Assembly: GCA_964448115.1 (NCBI GenBank)
Contig: CAYUVA010000038.1
Location: 1 to 46,729, forward strand
Direction: 5' to 3'
DNA from: an uncultured bacterium
Lineage (GTDB): Bacteria > CAYUVA01
DNA: 46,729 nt
The notes under the pieces were generated by a model. That model searched no databases and was not told the origin of the DNA. It worked only from the letters and a program-made list of their open reading frames with translations. The position numbers were made by a program, and so were the translations under genes. Positions 37,336 to 46,729 of this stretch are shown here, piece after piece (position 1 is the first letter of the stretch; the number at the start of each line of letters is the position of its first letter).

Positions 37336-38193
37336 TCAGGTGGAGAGATCGCTAAATGATGCCAGTTGAATCCCCTTCTCTTCGAGCATCTCGCTGAACT
37401 GCTTGCCGGTGATAATTCGGTAGTTGTCCTGGAAGCGATAGCCGACAAAGCCTGATGACCACGGTGCTTCCAGTCGGGGGTGGTTGCTGGTTGCAATATG
37501 AACGCAAAGCTCAGCGATTGCATGCGAAGGCTTCTTTGCCAGATCATCTGTGATCTGTTTCAGGTATCCCATGCTCAGTTTTTCGGGCGAGTAGAGTCCA
37601 TACATAACATCGGGATGCAACAACTCGTATTTCTGTAGCAGGTCGATTGCTATTTGATTGGTTACGCCAAGAACCAGCTTGACAGCATTCTTGAATGACA
37701 GCGCTCCCTTGGCGGGTAGATGTGTCTCAAAGGGTAGGCGAATCCATCGGATGCCGAATCGAAGCGCAGCCTCGCATAATGGTTGAAGAACAAAGGGATA
37801 AAGCTGAACATGCTGATGGGTATTGAGAAAGGCGATCTCGATGCCCGCATCTTTTGCTAATTTTATCTGGGCGCAGATCTCCTCTAACAATAGATCCCTG
37901 CTAAGATAGCCTAACAGGTATCGCCTTAACAAGGTGCCATGGCTTGAGGGCAGGGTACCTTGCCGGCTCATTTTCATTCCATCGCTGAGCGGCTTCCCCT
38001 GGCTAAGTGAGATATGGATGCCAATGTCGATCTTTTTTATTGCTGAAATGTCGTTGAGCGCTTGCTCGAATGTGCTTCCTCCTGGAATCAGCGAGATTGC
38101 AGTTATCCTTCCATCTGTTGCCGCTGCTATGGCTGCCTGGTCGATATCGGGGCTGATGCCCACATCATCGGCTGTTATTACAAGTTTAGCCAT
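37336..38193 (-). CDS. YdjC/ChbG/HpnK family carbohydrate deacetylase
   Basis: LVITADD.G, IGIH, EICAQI, THQHV, ELCVH. The ATG at 38193 overlaps the upstream gene's end. Confidence 0.88.
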   Translation of the reverse strand: MAKLVITADDVGISPDIDQAAIAAATDGRITAISLIPGGSTFEQALNDISAIKKIDIGIHISLSQGKPLSDGMKMSRQGTLPSSHGTLLRRYLLGYLSRDLLLEEICAQIKLAKDAGIEIAFLNTHQHVQLYPFVLQPLCEAALRFGIRWIRLPFETHLPAKGALSFKNAVKLVLGVTNQIAIDLLQKYELLHPDVMYGLYSPEKLSMGYLKQITDDLAKKPSHAIAELCVHIATSNHPRLEAPWSSGFVGYRFQDNYRIITGKQFSEMLEEKGIQLASFSDLST

Positions 38194-38452
38194 TGTAACC
38201 GTTGCTTTCCCTTTGCCACTGTTCAAGTAGCCGTCTGAAGCGCGAGCCATAGAGCATCTCAAAGAGAGCCTCCTTTTCGGGAAACTGCGCCAGAACCTGG
38301 TCTTTGAACCTGGAGATCTCTATTTCTAAATCTATCCTTGGCAGGTCGCTGTAAAGGATTAAAAAAGTGATCCGATCAGCAGCTCTCTGGATCATTTCCT
38401 GCTGTTTACGGTCGATCATCTTCAGTTCATTTTCCAGGTCGAACTCATCCAT
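38186..38452 (-). CDS. Small helical hypothetical protein (88 aa)
   Basis: ATG start and protein-like composition (FPEKEALFEMLYGSRFRRL.EQW). Overlaps the YdjC start. Confidence 0.7.
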   Translation of the reverse strand: MDEFDLENELKMIDRKQQEMIQRAADRITFLILYSDLPRIDLEIEISRFKDQVLAQFPEKEALFEMLYGSRFRRLLEQWQRESNGYNG

Positions 38453-38597
38453 AGCGTTCTATTATTAGTGGTAATTCATTGAAAGATCAAAGATGATAGA
38501 TAATAATCTGTGAGCAGAAGGCATGAATCAATTGACATGGGTTGATTACTAGGATATAGAAATTATCGAGAAAAACAGCGATCTCCGAGCGATAATA

Positions 38598-40373
38598 ATG
38601 AGAACGATAAGCCTTAGATTTATACTTACTTTCATTGTTCTGACATTCGTATCCTGCAGCATTCTAAGCATCTATAAGAACGGCGGTTCCTTGCCGCCGG
38701 TAACCTTGACAACCGAAGCAATGGCGCTAGATACGAACAAAGCGGAGGCTTATGCGCTATTTCTTATGGCTCGAAGGGAGCTTATCAAGGGTGATATAGA
38801 TGAAGCCATAAGATATTATCGGCAAGCGATATCTGCCGATCCAGAATCCGCGAAGCTATACACCGATGTAGCCCGGATTTATTTGCGAATATCGAATACA
38901 GTAGAATTGAACAAGGGTAATCAATATCTCCAAAAGGCGAAAGAGGAGATTGAGAGGGCAATAGCGGTAGATCCCGGATATGCCCCCGCCTACGAGTTGC
39001 TGGGCGATATCCACACCTACACCATTCCAGCGGATTATAATCAAGCTATAGTCGCCTATCAGAAGGCACATGATTTAAATCCCACAGAGACCGAGTCGCT
39101 TTTATCAGTTGGAATAATCCACCTGAATAATGCCGACTACAATATAGCTTTACAGGTTCTCCGGCAGGCACAATCGATTGATCCCAGCAGCCCATATACG
39201 AACTACTACCTTGCCGAGGGTTATTCGATGGTTAAGGATCTAGAGTCCGCTGAGAGGTATTATCAAAAAGCCCTGGATGTCGAGCCATCGTACTACAATG
39301 CAATGAGCAAGCTGGCTGAAATGTACGAGAGCGAGGGGGAGCTGGAAAAAGCGACCAGGATTTACCAGAGGATTATCTACTACTTCCCGGATAGCAAAGA
39401 GGATCGATTTCACCTGGCAGGATTGCTTTTATCACAGAACATGGTGGATGAGTTTACCCCCCAATTCCAGGTCCTCAGAACCGACCCGATCTACGGGGTA
39501 CACATATACAAGATGATAATCTACTACTACATGTTAAAGGGGAAGTACGATCTCGCTGAGCTTTATATAAAACGGGCTTTGAACGACTGGAACCAGACTC
39601 CAGAACAGTTTTTTATTTTATACCTGGAGAACTACCGGATACAGGAACAATATGATAAGGCGATAGAGCTTGCAAAAGATCTCACCGTTCGCTTCCCTGA
39701 AAACATCGACTTTTACTTGAGCCTCTTTGAGCTTTATTTGACTACCGACCGTAAGCAGGATGCCTTGGACACGATAAAGACAGTTACCAGAAAATTCCCG
39801 GACAAGCCGGATGGCTATTTTTTTATGGCAAGGCTTTACTTTCTTCTCGATGAGAAAGAAAAGGCTGTCGAGACCCTCACCAAAGCCTCTGAGATGTTCC
39901 CTACCAACGAGAAGATCAACTTCTGGCTGGGCATGATGCTGGAGGAACAAGGAAAGAGAGACCGGGCAATTGAAATCATGTTCAAGATATTGAAGATCAA
40001 TCCCGATTCACCGGATGCGCTCAATTTCATAGGTTATTCCTGGGCTGACCAGGGAATAAACCTTAAGAAGGCTAAAGAATATATAGAGAGGGCGCTGCAT
40101 TCGGTGCCCGACAGCGGAGCATTCCTTGATAGCTTAGGCTGGGTATATTTCAAGATGGGGGACAAAGAAAAGGCATTACATTACCTAAAAAAGGCTGCAT
40201 CCCTGGAGGCGGGTGATCCGGTGATCTTTGAGCATCTTGGAGATGTCTATAACAGTCTCGGAGATATAGAGACCGCTATTGAATACTGGAAGAAGGCGAT
40301 CGGCATGGAGCCACCCAATGCCGAGGAGATTGAAAAGCGGATGCAGGAAGCCATAAAAGGCTCCCAAGAATGA
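38598..40373 (+). CDS. Exported/lipoprotein multi-TPR protein
   Basis: N-terminal hydrophobic segment (FVSC), many TPRs, C-terminal ALNFIGYSWAD..LDSLGWV.FK.G..EHLGD. Confidence 0.88.
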   Translation: MRTISLRFILTFIVLTFVSCSILSIYKNGGSLPPVTLTTEAMALDTNKAEAYALFLMARRELIKGDIDEAIRYYRQAISADPESAKLYTDVARIYLRISNTVELNKGNQYLQKAKEEIERAIAVDPGYAPAYELLGDIHTYTIPADYNQAIVAYQKAHDLNPTETESLLSVGIIHLNNADYNIALQVLRQAQSIDPSSPYTNYYLAEGYSMVKDLESAERYYQKALDVEPSYYNAMSKLAEMYESEGELEKATRIYQRIIYYFPDSKEDRFHLAGLLLSQNMVDEFTPQFQVLRTDPIYGVHIYKMIIYYYMLKGKYDLAELYIKRALNDWNQTPEQFFILYLENYRIQEQYDKAIELAKDLTVRFPENIDFYLSLFELYLTTDRKQDALDTIKTVTRKFPDKPDGYFFMARLYFLLDEKEKAVETLTKASEMFPTNEKINFWLGMMLEEQGKRDRAIEIMFKILKINPDSPDALNFIGYSWADQGINLKKAKEYIERALHSVPDSGAFLDSLGWVYFKMGDKEKALHYLKKAASLEAGDPVIFEHLGDVYNSLGDIETAIEYWKKAIGMEPPNAEEIEKRMQEAIKGSQE

Positions 40374-40380
40374 AACCCAC

Positions 40381-41139
40381 ATGCGCAGCTTCTGCTTATT
40401 GATCACTATCGCTTGTTGCACAGCCTGCATGCACGGCTGCGCTAAAACCGTTCCTCCACCGAAGGATCAATCCTCGCTTCCAGAATCCTCACTCCAGATG
40501 ATTGAGCATTCCGCTGCCAGCCTCTCGCCGCCACAAACGATTAAAGGCTTCGTGAATATAACCTATATAAGCAGCGATGGCACCAGGCATACCAGGGGTT
40601 ACATTCGATACCTTCAAGATACGGGACTGAGGCTCGACATGCTGAATTTTCTCAGCCAGGTCCAGGCATCGATTCTGATCACTCAAAAGCAAAGCCTTAT
40701 GTATCGGGTCTCCAATGATGAGCTTCGGGATCCATTCGCCAGCCTCGAAAGCAATGACAAGGAGGCGGTGCTGTTTTACTTGAGCGCCCTTTTGAGGTGG
40801 ATTTATCCACCTTCTGAATGTCTTGAGCAAAGCCATATCGGCACATTCCATGACAGCATAGTGATTCGATGTCCACCAGTAAATAATGCATGGGTATTTA
40901 AGTACTATTTCCAGAATGGAGTACAGTTACCCAACTATCTGGATATACTCGATGGTGAAGCTAGATTATTACTGTCGGCAGTCTTCGGCGAGCCGTGGGA
41001 GGTGGGCAAATATACTATCCCCTCAACGGTTACCTTGTACCTTCCGGATAGCATTTTGATCCTAAAATTCGAGAGTGGTAAGCTGCGTGCCGATGTAACG
41101 GTAACCGAAGAAGAGCTTATCGATATCGGCTATAAGTAA
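40381..41139 (+). CDS. Lipoprotein, LolB/DUF4292-like fold
   Basis: Lipoprotein signal ...CMHGC-AK and LRLDML..L motif. Directly follows the TPR gene, as lolB-like genes often do. Confidence 0.55.
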   Translation: MRSFCLLITIACCTACMHGCAKTVPPPKDQSSLPESSLQMIEHSAASLSPPQTIKGFVNITYISSDGTRHTRGYIRYLQDTGLRLDMLNFLSQVQASILITQKQSLMYRVSNDELRDPFASLESNDKEAVLFYLSALLRWIYPPSECLEQSHIGTFHDSIVIRCPPVNNAWVFKYYFQNGVQLPNYLDILDGEARLLLSAVFGEPWEVGKYTIPSTVTLYLPDSILILKFESGKLRADVTVTEEELIDIGYK

Positions 41140-43034
41140 CCTAAGTTACCCCGGCTCTCCTTGCCATACAGTATTATCTTGGTCAGATGGAATCGAGCCT
41201 TTGCATCCTCAATGTAATTAAACTGAATCTCTTGAATCGAGATCGATTGTTGTAATGGAATAGCTGTTTGATATGTGATGCGGGGGAAGCTGTCTTGTTC
41301 GAGTGAGGGTAGCTCAGCCTTGGCGATCTTTGCTTTTTCATGCCTGATATCTACCGCTAGTCCTGGTTTGAGATATGCCCACTCTGCTGTATCTATGCCA
41401 GCTTTCAAGGTTATTGAAGGGTGTTCTGGAGAGCTTAAAAATCTTAACTCAATGATCGGAGTGCCTTGTTTAACCTTGGTGGATCTGGATAACATGCTCC
41501 ATATCTCAAGATAACTATAGGAGACATTGGCATCGGGATAAACAGTGGCATGGGTGAAGTCATGGTCAAAGGGATTTAATAAAATGGTCTCAATGGACCA
41601 TGGCTGATATGATCTGCTGAGCTTGATCGCATCTGCAATATCCATAAGACTCCAGCCTTGCATGTAAAATACGACAGTATTATCCAGTTTTACATTTTGC
41701 AGTTTTTCCGGCTCCACGACAGCTATTGCCTTGAAACGCTTATCCGGAAGTCGGTATGACACCATTGATGGCAAAACATTGGCGATGGAGGATGGACAAT
41801 TCAAGAAGTACAGAGCTTCGGCTTCGGCGAGTTGCTCCTGGTAGGCGGGGAGCAGGCGCATGAAGACCTCCTCGATCTCCGCTTTCTTGAGCCATTTCTC
41901 TCCATTGCTATGGTTGGCAGCATGGTAAAACCCGATAAGGCAAGCAAGAGCTATCACGGTCAGCCCCATAATGTATTTCCTGCCTCTGATTAGCTGATGC
42001 CATTGATATATTACAAGCCCTATCAGCATCGAGTATCCCACCGATGGCAGGTACAGATACTGCTGCCTACATATATTGAGCACCGGCAACAGGCTGATTA
42101 TCATCCAGAGGATGCAGAAGTGATACTCCCTCTTGTAGGCGGCTAATAATAAAACAAGCAGCAGAAATATTAAAAAGGCGAAACGCTCGTAGGTAGCAGG
42201 TCCGAAACGGAACCATAACATCGGCTCTGTCAGCCATCCGATATAGGATGAGAGAAATGGCAGTATGGTGTAGGTGAGGTTAAAGGGAGCCTCCTGACCG
42301 ATGCCTCCCATTCCACCTAGGATGATGAACCTGCCTGCAATATATGCCCCAAGCACAATGAAATAAGGTATGGTAGTCCTTATTCGGCTGCGAATTTGAC
42401 CTTGTTGATAAAGGACGATTATGCCTAAAGCCGGCGTAACCGCGGCGATCTCCTTGGTTAAAAGCGCAAGGATAAATAAAAAAATAGAAACTACGTAATG
42501 AAGTCCTCTATCCTTGGCAATGTATAATACAAGTAAAATTAGGCTCGTAAGCATGAAAAGAGATGCCAGCGAGTCGGTTCGAGAACAAACCCAGTATAGT
42601 ATCTCAAAATGGCTGGGATGAAATAGGAAGATCAATGCTGCAATGGATGCGATCAGTTGACTGCCAAACAGCAGCCTGGTCAGTACATAGACTAATGCTA
42701 CCACAGCCAGGTGAAGAAGCAGGTTGACAAGATGAAACGAATGTGAGGATATGCCAAGCAAAGAACTGTTCAAAGCCAACGATACCATCACTAATGGACG
42801 ATAGAAACCACCCTGTCCCCGATTTCCGAACCAATTAGCGATGAAAAAACGACTCAGTGAATTCTCCCTCAAGTTTCTTAAAAGAACATAATCATCAGCG
42901 AAAAAGGGATAATCAAGGACATAGTAAAAACTAACAAATCCAAAAATGAAGAGGGATAGGAGTATCGAAATGTCAAACTTGAATGAACTCTTATTCATTG
43001 GTTGTATGATAAACTCATTTTTCTTTGATCGCAA
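41130..43034 (-). CDS. GT-C fold membrane glycosyltransferase (TMTC/ArnT/PMT-like)
   Basis: FFADDY, FYRPL, HLVNLLLH, HP.H.E...W...R.D, ALLTKE, YLYLPS, many TM segments. Start uncertain (TTG 43034 or ATG 42998). Confidence 0.82.
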   Translation of the reverse strand: MRSKKNEFIIQPMNKSSFKFDISILLSLFIFGFVSFYYVLDYPFFADDYVLLRNLRENSLSRFFIANWFGNRGQGGFYRPLVMVSLALNSSLLGISSHSFHLVNLLLHLAVVALVYVLTRLLFGSQLIASIAALIFLFHPSHFEILYWVCSRTDSLASLFMLTSLILLVLYIAKDRGLHYVVSIFLFILALLTKEIAAVTPALGIIVLYQQGQIRSRIRTTIPYFIVLGAYIAGRFIILGGMGGIGQEAPFNLTYTILPFLSSYIGWLTEPMLWFRFGPATYERFAFLIFLLLVLLLAAYKREYHFCILWMIISLLPVLNICRQQYLYLPSVGYSMLIGLVIYQWHQLIRGRKYIMGLTVIALACLIGFYHAANHSNGEKWLKKAEIEEVFMRLLPAYQEQLAEAEALYFLNCPSSIANVLPSMVSYRLPDKRFKAIAVVEPEKLQNVKLDNTVVFYMQGWSLMDIADAIKLSRSYQPWSIETILLNPFDHDFTHATVYPDANVSYSYLEIWSMLSRSTKVKQGTPIIELRFLSSPEHPSITLKAGIDTAEWAYLKPGLAVDIRHEKAKIAKAELPSLEQDSFPRITYQTAIPLQQSISIQEIQFNYIEDAKARFHLTKIILYGKESRGNLGYL

Positions 43035-43129
43035 TTTCCTTAATCGCTTGGAAAGCTTGCCAAATAAAAAATTTTCTAATATTCTTTGCGAGGTTTCTTC
43101 AAAGAATCGGCAAGTTCATATTGAACCAA

Positions 43130-43158
43130 TTGAAACCGGTTTTTAGATCATGTAGTTT
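43130..43158 (+). promoter_or_regulatory. Putative sigma70 promoter of the malic enzyme gene
   Basis: TTGAAA-17 bp-TAGTTT about 45 bp before the ATG at 43202. Confidence 0.4.
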
Positions 43159-43201
43159 AGCTTTCTAAAAAGCACAACTCGCAAAATAGGGAGTGGAAAC
43201 A

Positions 43202-44521
43202 ATGGCTGTAAAGATCAGCAATGAAGAGATTCTGGAGTATCATTCCAGGGGACGAAAGGGGAAACTCGAAGTCATCGCCTCCAAGCCATGCGCCACACAG
43301 AAAGATCTTTCTATCGCCTACACGCCAGGTGTTGCGCTACCATGCCTGAAGATTGAAGCTGATCCCCTGGCTGCATTTGAGTACACAACCAGAGGGAACC
43401 TAGTTGCAGTGGTATCCAACGGAACCGCCGTGCTGGGTCTGGGGGACATCGGAGCCTTGGCGAGCAAACCGGTCATGGAAGGAAAAGGAGTCCTGTTCAA
43501 GCGATTCGCTGATGTTGATACCTTTGATATCGAGATCGACACCAGAAATGCGGATAAGGTTATCGAGGTAGTGCAATTGTTGGAGCCGACATTCGGTGGA
43601 GTGAACCTTGAAGATATCAAGGCACCGGAGTGTTTCTACATCGAAGATACTTTGAAAAAGACCACTAAGATCCCGATCTTCCATGATGATCAGCACGGCA
43701 CCGCCATCATTTCCGGAGCAGGATTCTTAAACGCACTGGAGATGGTTGGCAAGGATATCAAGGATGTCAAGGTGGTAGTCAGCGGAGCCGGCGCTAGCGG
43801 AATCGCCTGCGCAAAGTTTTATCTCAACCTCGGTGTGCGCAAGGAAAACATGATCCTGTGCGATAGTAGGGGTGTTATATACAAGGGTAGAACCGAGAAT
43901 ATGAATCCCTATAAGGAGGAGTTCGCTGCTGAGACTGGCGCCCGGACCCTGGCTGAGGCTATGAAGGGAGCAGACGCATTCCTGGGGCTTTCCGTAAAGG
44001 GGATGGTCTCCAAGGAGATGGTACGTTCTATGGCAGATTACCCGATCATATTTGCTATGGCGAATCCGGATCCAGAGATCACATACGAGGATGCTTTGGA
44101 TGCCAGGAGCGATGTTATCATGGCAACAGGACGCTCCGATTATCCGAATCAGGTCAATAATGTGCTCGGCTTCCCCTTCATCTTCAGGGGTGCGCTGGAT
44201 GTGAGGGCGACAGATATAAACGAGGAGATGAAGGTGGCTGCCAGCAAGGCGCTTGCTGACCTGGCTAAGGAACCGGTACCTGAATATATCTGCAACGCTT
44301 ATGGCGGTGTAGAGCTTTCGTTCGGAAAGGATTACATAATTCCCAAGCCGCTCGATTATCGGGTTCTGGTATGGGAGGCGACTGCGGTAGCAAAAGCAGC
44401 GATGGATTCAGGTGTCGCACAGGTGCCTATATCAGACTGGGAGGAGTACAAAAGCAGCCTTGAAAGGCATATCGAACATAGCAAGTGGCTAGAGTCTCTA
44501 CACGAGATAGACCATCCATAG
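43202..44521 (+). CDS. maeB: NAD(P)-dependent malic enzyme (MaeB-type catalytic domains, no PTA domain)
   Basis: [61 protein letters not shown]. Confidence 0.93.
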   Translation: MAVKISNEEILEYHSRGRKGKLEVIASKPCATQKDLSIAYTPGVALPCLKIEADPLAAFEYTTRGNLVAVVSNGTAVLGLGDIGALASKPVMEGKGVLFKRFADVDTFDIEIDTRNADKVIEVVQLLEPTFGGVNLEDIKAPECFYIEDTLKKTTKIPIFHDDQHGTAIISGAGFLNALEMVGKDIKDVKVVVSGAGASGIACAKFYLNLGVRKENMILCDSRGVIYKGRTENMNPYKEEFAAETGARTLAEAMKGADAFLGLSVKGMVSKEMVRSMADYPIIFAMANPDPEITYEDALDARSDVIMATGRSDYPNQVNNVLGFPFIFRGALDVRATDINEEMKVAASKALADLAKEPVPEYICNAYGGVELSFGKDYIIPKPLDYRVLVWEATAVAKAAMDSGVAQVPISDWEEYKSSLERHIEHSKWLESLHEIDHP

Positions 44522-44717
44522 GCGTCCTATGTGCTTGCGCCTATCGATCATTGCCGGACTACTAATAGATTAGCCCCTTCAGGGTAAGAAAAAGTCTTTA
44601 GATTACCTACCTATAAAGATAGCGCAATCTCGCAGGTCATAATTTTCATGCCTCCCGAATAGGTCGGGATGGGGGCTGCTCTAGACATAAGACTTGTTTC
44701 GCCAACGGGCACCCATC

Positions 44718-44888
44718 TGTCATGCCCGCCCCACATCAAGTGCGGGGTAAACTACGGCGGGCATCCAGTCCTTACCCATAAGGCGCATGATCAACCTATA
44801 TGTCATCCCGTGGGGAGTCCCGATTTTAAGAAAAATCGGGATGAAGTCGAGGAATCTCTCTCCCCTTCTTCCCCCAAACTTGGGGAAG
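44718..44888 (-). repeat. Dispersed composite palindromic repeat, copy 2 (no MITE)
   Basis: Inverted homologue of 37011-37300 without the 154-bp insert. Contains hairpins ATGCCCGCC...GGCGGGCAT, TCCCGATTTT...AAAATCGGGA and CTTCCCC...GGGGAAG. Confidence 0.85.
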
Positions 44889-44996
44889 TGGTTGGTGGAT
44901 GGGGCTTCTTGTCCTTTCTTCTTTGCGTCTTTGCGTGATCCTCTTTCTTTCTTTATAATCTGTAGATGAACTGATGAAGAATCGAGGAGGCAGTTT

Positions 44997-46190
44997 ATGT
45001 ACACTAGGATAAAACAGGCTCTTCAAGCAGAACTGGAAGGCATTAAAGAAGCTGGGCTCTACAAGGATGAGCGAATAATAACCACGCCACAGGGAGCCGA
45101 GATAGAGGTCTCGACTGGTGAGCGGGTTCTCAACTTCTGCGCGAATAACTACCTGGGGCTGTGCAGCCATCCGAAGGTCATTGAGGCTGCACATAAGACC
45201 CTGGATCAATATGGATATGGAATGAGCTCGGTGCGCTTCATCTGCGGCACCCAAGAGATCCACCGCCAACTGGAGAAGAAGATAGCCGAATTTCTCGGTA
45301 TGGAGGGTGCGATACTCTATGCAGCCTGCTTCGATGCCAATGGTGGCATCTTCGAGCCGATTCTGGGAAAAGAGGATGCGGTCATCACCGATGAGCTAAA
45401 CCACGCCTCGATCATAGATGGCATTAGGCTGTGCAAGGCTAATCGCTATATCTACAAGCACTCTGACATGGATGATCTGGAGAATAAGCTCAAGGAGGCT
45501 CAATCGAGCCGCTACCGCCTCATCGCAACCGATGGTGTCTTCTCCATGGATGGAGATATAGCCAAACTGAACGATATCTGCGATCTGGCTGAGCGCTATG
45601 ATGCTATGGTAATGGTTGATGACAGCCACGCCACCGGCTTTGTGGGTGATACAGGACGGGGAACCCACGAATATCATGGCGTCATGGGTAGGGTCGATAT
45701 CATAACCAGCACCCTGGGGAAGGCTCTGGGAGGCGCATCCGGGGGCTTTGCAGCCGGGCGCCGGGAGATAATCGAACTATACCGCCAGCGTAGCCGACCA
45801 TACCTGTTCAGCAATACGGTGCCCCCGGTGGTCATTGGAGCTGCTTTGGCTGTATTCGAGATGCTCAGCGAGACCACGCAACTGCGAGATAGACTGATGG
45901 AAAACACCAATTACTTCAGGGAGGGGATGACCGCCGCCGGCTTTGACATTATGCCCGGCAAGCACCCTATCGTGCCTATTATGCTCTATGATGCGAAGCT
46001 GAGCCAGCAGATGGCACAAAGGCTCCTTTCCGAAGGTATCTATGTTATTGGATTCTTTTATCCGGTTGTCCCTAAAGGAAAAGCGAGGATCCGAGTGCAG
46101 ATATCAGCAGCACATACAAAAGAACACTTGGATCGAGCCATCTTAGCGTTTACCAAGGTCGGCAAGGAGCTGGGTGTAATACAGATTTAA
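44997..46190 (+). CDS. kbl: Glycine C-acetyltransferase (2-amino-3-ketobutyrate CoA ligase)
   Basis: [67 protein letters not shown]. Confidence 0.95.
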   Translation: MYTRIKQALQAELEGIKEAGLYKDERIITTPQGAEIEVSTGERVLNFCANNYLGLCSHPKVIEAAHKTLDQYGYGMSSVRFICGTQEIHRQLEKKIAEFLGMEGAILYAACFDANGGIFEPILGKEDAVITDELNHASIIDGIRLCKANRYIYKHSDMDDLENKLKEAQSSRYRLIATDGVFSMDGDIAKLNDICDLAERYDAMVMVDDSHATGFVGDTGRGTHEYHGVMGRVDIITSTLGKALGGASGGFAAGRREIIELYRQRSRPYLFSNTVPPVVIGAALAVFEMLSETTQLRDRLMENTNYFREGMTAAGFDIMPGKHPIVPIMLYDAKLSQQMAQRLLSEGIYVIGFFYPVVPKGKARIRVQISAAHTKEHLDRAILAFTKVGKELGVIQI

Positions 46191-46198
46191 GCCCTGAA

Positions 46199-46226
46199 TG
46201 CTTTGTAGCCATTAAGGCACAAAGCA
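46199..46226 (+). terminator. Hairpin after the kbl stop
   Basis: TGCTTTGT-A-GCC-attaa-GGC-ACAAAGCA. No clear U-tract. Confidence 0.35.
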
Positions 46227-46253
46227 AAGGGATAAGTTCTTACTTCTATTGAA

Positions 46254-46729
46254 ATGCTAAGGAAACTTTGGACTTTTGTTTATGGTCTCATACTATTTAT
46301 TCTCATAGGTCTGCTCGCCAAGGGATACCGGCTGGAGCTTATACAGGGGATCAGGGTTGACAATATGATGGATAACCTAGGTCAGTGGATCCCCTGGCGT
46401 TTATTTGCAGTGAGAAGCATTTCTGATGGGATTATTCCTCTATGGAATCCGCACTCATTCTGCGGCACCTCTTTTATAGCCAACCCTCTTTGTGCCGTGT
46501 TCCATCCCTTGAATATGCTTTTCACTCGTTCCGATTATTTCGAGAGCTTCGCCCTTTCCTTGTTTTATATGCACCTGTTTGCTGCCTTTTCTGCCTACTG
46601 GTTTCTTCGCTATATCAGGTTATCCCGGCTCGCTGCCATTTATGGAGCAATCATTTATACATTTTGCTTATACCACGGTTTCTTGATCCAATGGATTGGC
46701 GCTGGTTATAACCTAATACTCCTGCCATT
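46254..46729 (+). CDS. YfhO-family GT-C membrane protein (C-terminus truncated by the window edge)
   Basis: Translated by hand: MLRKLWTFVYGLILF...IPWR.F..RSI..G.IPLWNPHSFCGTSFIANP..AVFHPLN...HLF.A...YWFLR. The frame is open to the window end and is not in the ORF track. Confidence 0.82.
   Translation, partial: MLRKLWTFVYGLILFILIGLLAKGYRLELIQGIRVDNMMDNLGQWIPWRLFAVRSISDGIIPLWNPHSFCGTSFIANPLCAVFHPLNMLFTRSDYFESFALSLFYMHLFAAFSAYWFLRYIRLSRLAAIYGAIIYTFCLYHGFLIQWIGAGYNLILLP

Noticed and set aside
43020-43034. Shared MRSKK N-terminus between the ligase-TPR (start 4370) and the GT-C gene (start 43034)
   Set aside because: Only five residues, no extended DNA similarity, and the 43034 start is uncertain; likely coincidence.
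46442-46711. Track ORF of 89 aa
   Set aside because: It is an out-of-frame overlap of the YfhO-like gene starting at 46254.
1-46729. rRNA, tRNA, transposase, integrase, prophage or defence genes
   Set aside because: None recognisable; nearly all sequence is accounted for by the listed CDSs and short intergenic repeats.

Overview
Gene-dense, moderate-GC bacterial window, most likely from a poorly characterised diderm lineage (LpxL-like acyltransferase, LolB/DUF4292-like lipoprotein, TonB-like domain), dominated by cell-surface biology. Left to right: a secreted 7-blade beta-propeller protein (runs off the left edge, absent from the ORF track); an O-antigen-ligase/OTase-TPR fusion divergent from a 1538-aa Thr/Pro mucin-like surface protein; an epimerase plus LpxL-like pair; and a ~23 kb minus-strand run. 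That run holds an ECF sigma / ZAS anti-sigma-TonB_C / VIT-vWA module, an LbH acetyltransferase, a four-gene minor-pilin operon (PilV-, PilX-, FimT-like and a giant 1917-aa PilW-like pilin), and a DUF58-PPIase-BatABCDE operon with no MoxR beside it. After it come a TetR-SDR module, nested palindromic/MITE repeats, a YdjC deacetylase, TPR and lipoprotein genes, a TMTC/ArnT-like GT-C, malic enzyme, kbl and a partial YfhO-like GT-C. The most striking element is the giant minor pilin, which carries Ca-binding loops, Cys-rich domains, PT linkers and four Cys-bracketed ConA/DUF1080-like domains. It is a candidate pilus-tip multivalent adhesin system with no PilY1 in the operon, surrounded by candidate protein-glycosylation and folding machinery. 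No rRNA, tRNA, CRISPR array or transposase was seen. All family calls are by-eye motif recognition, not database hits.
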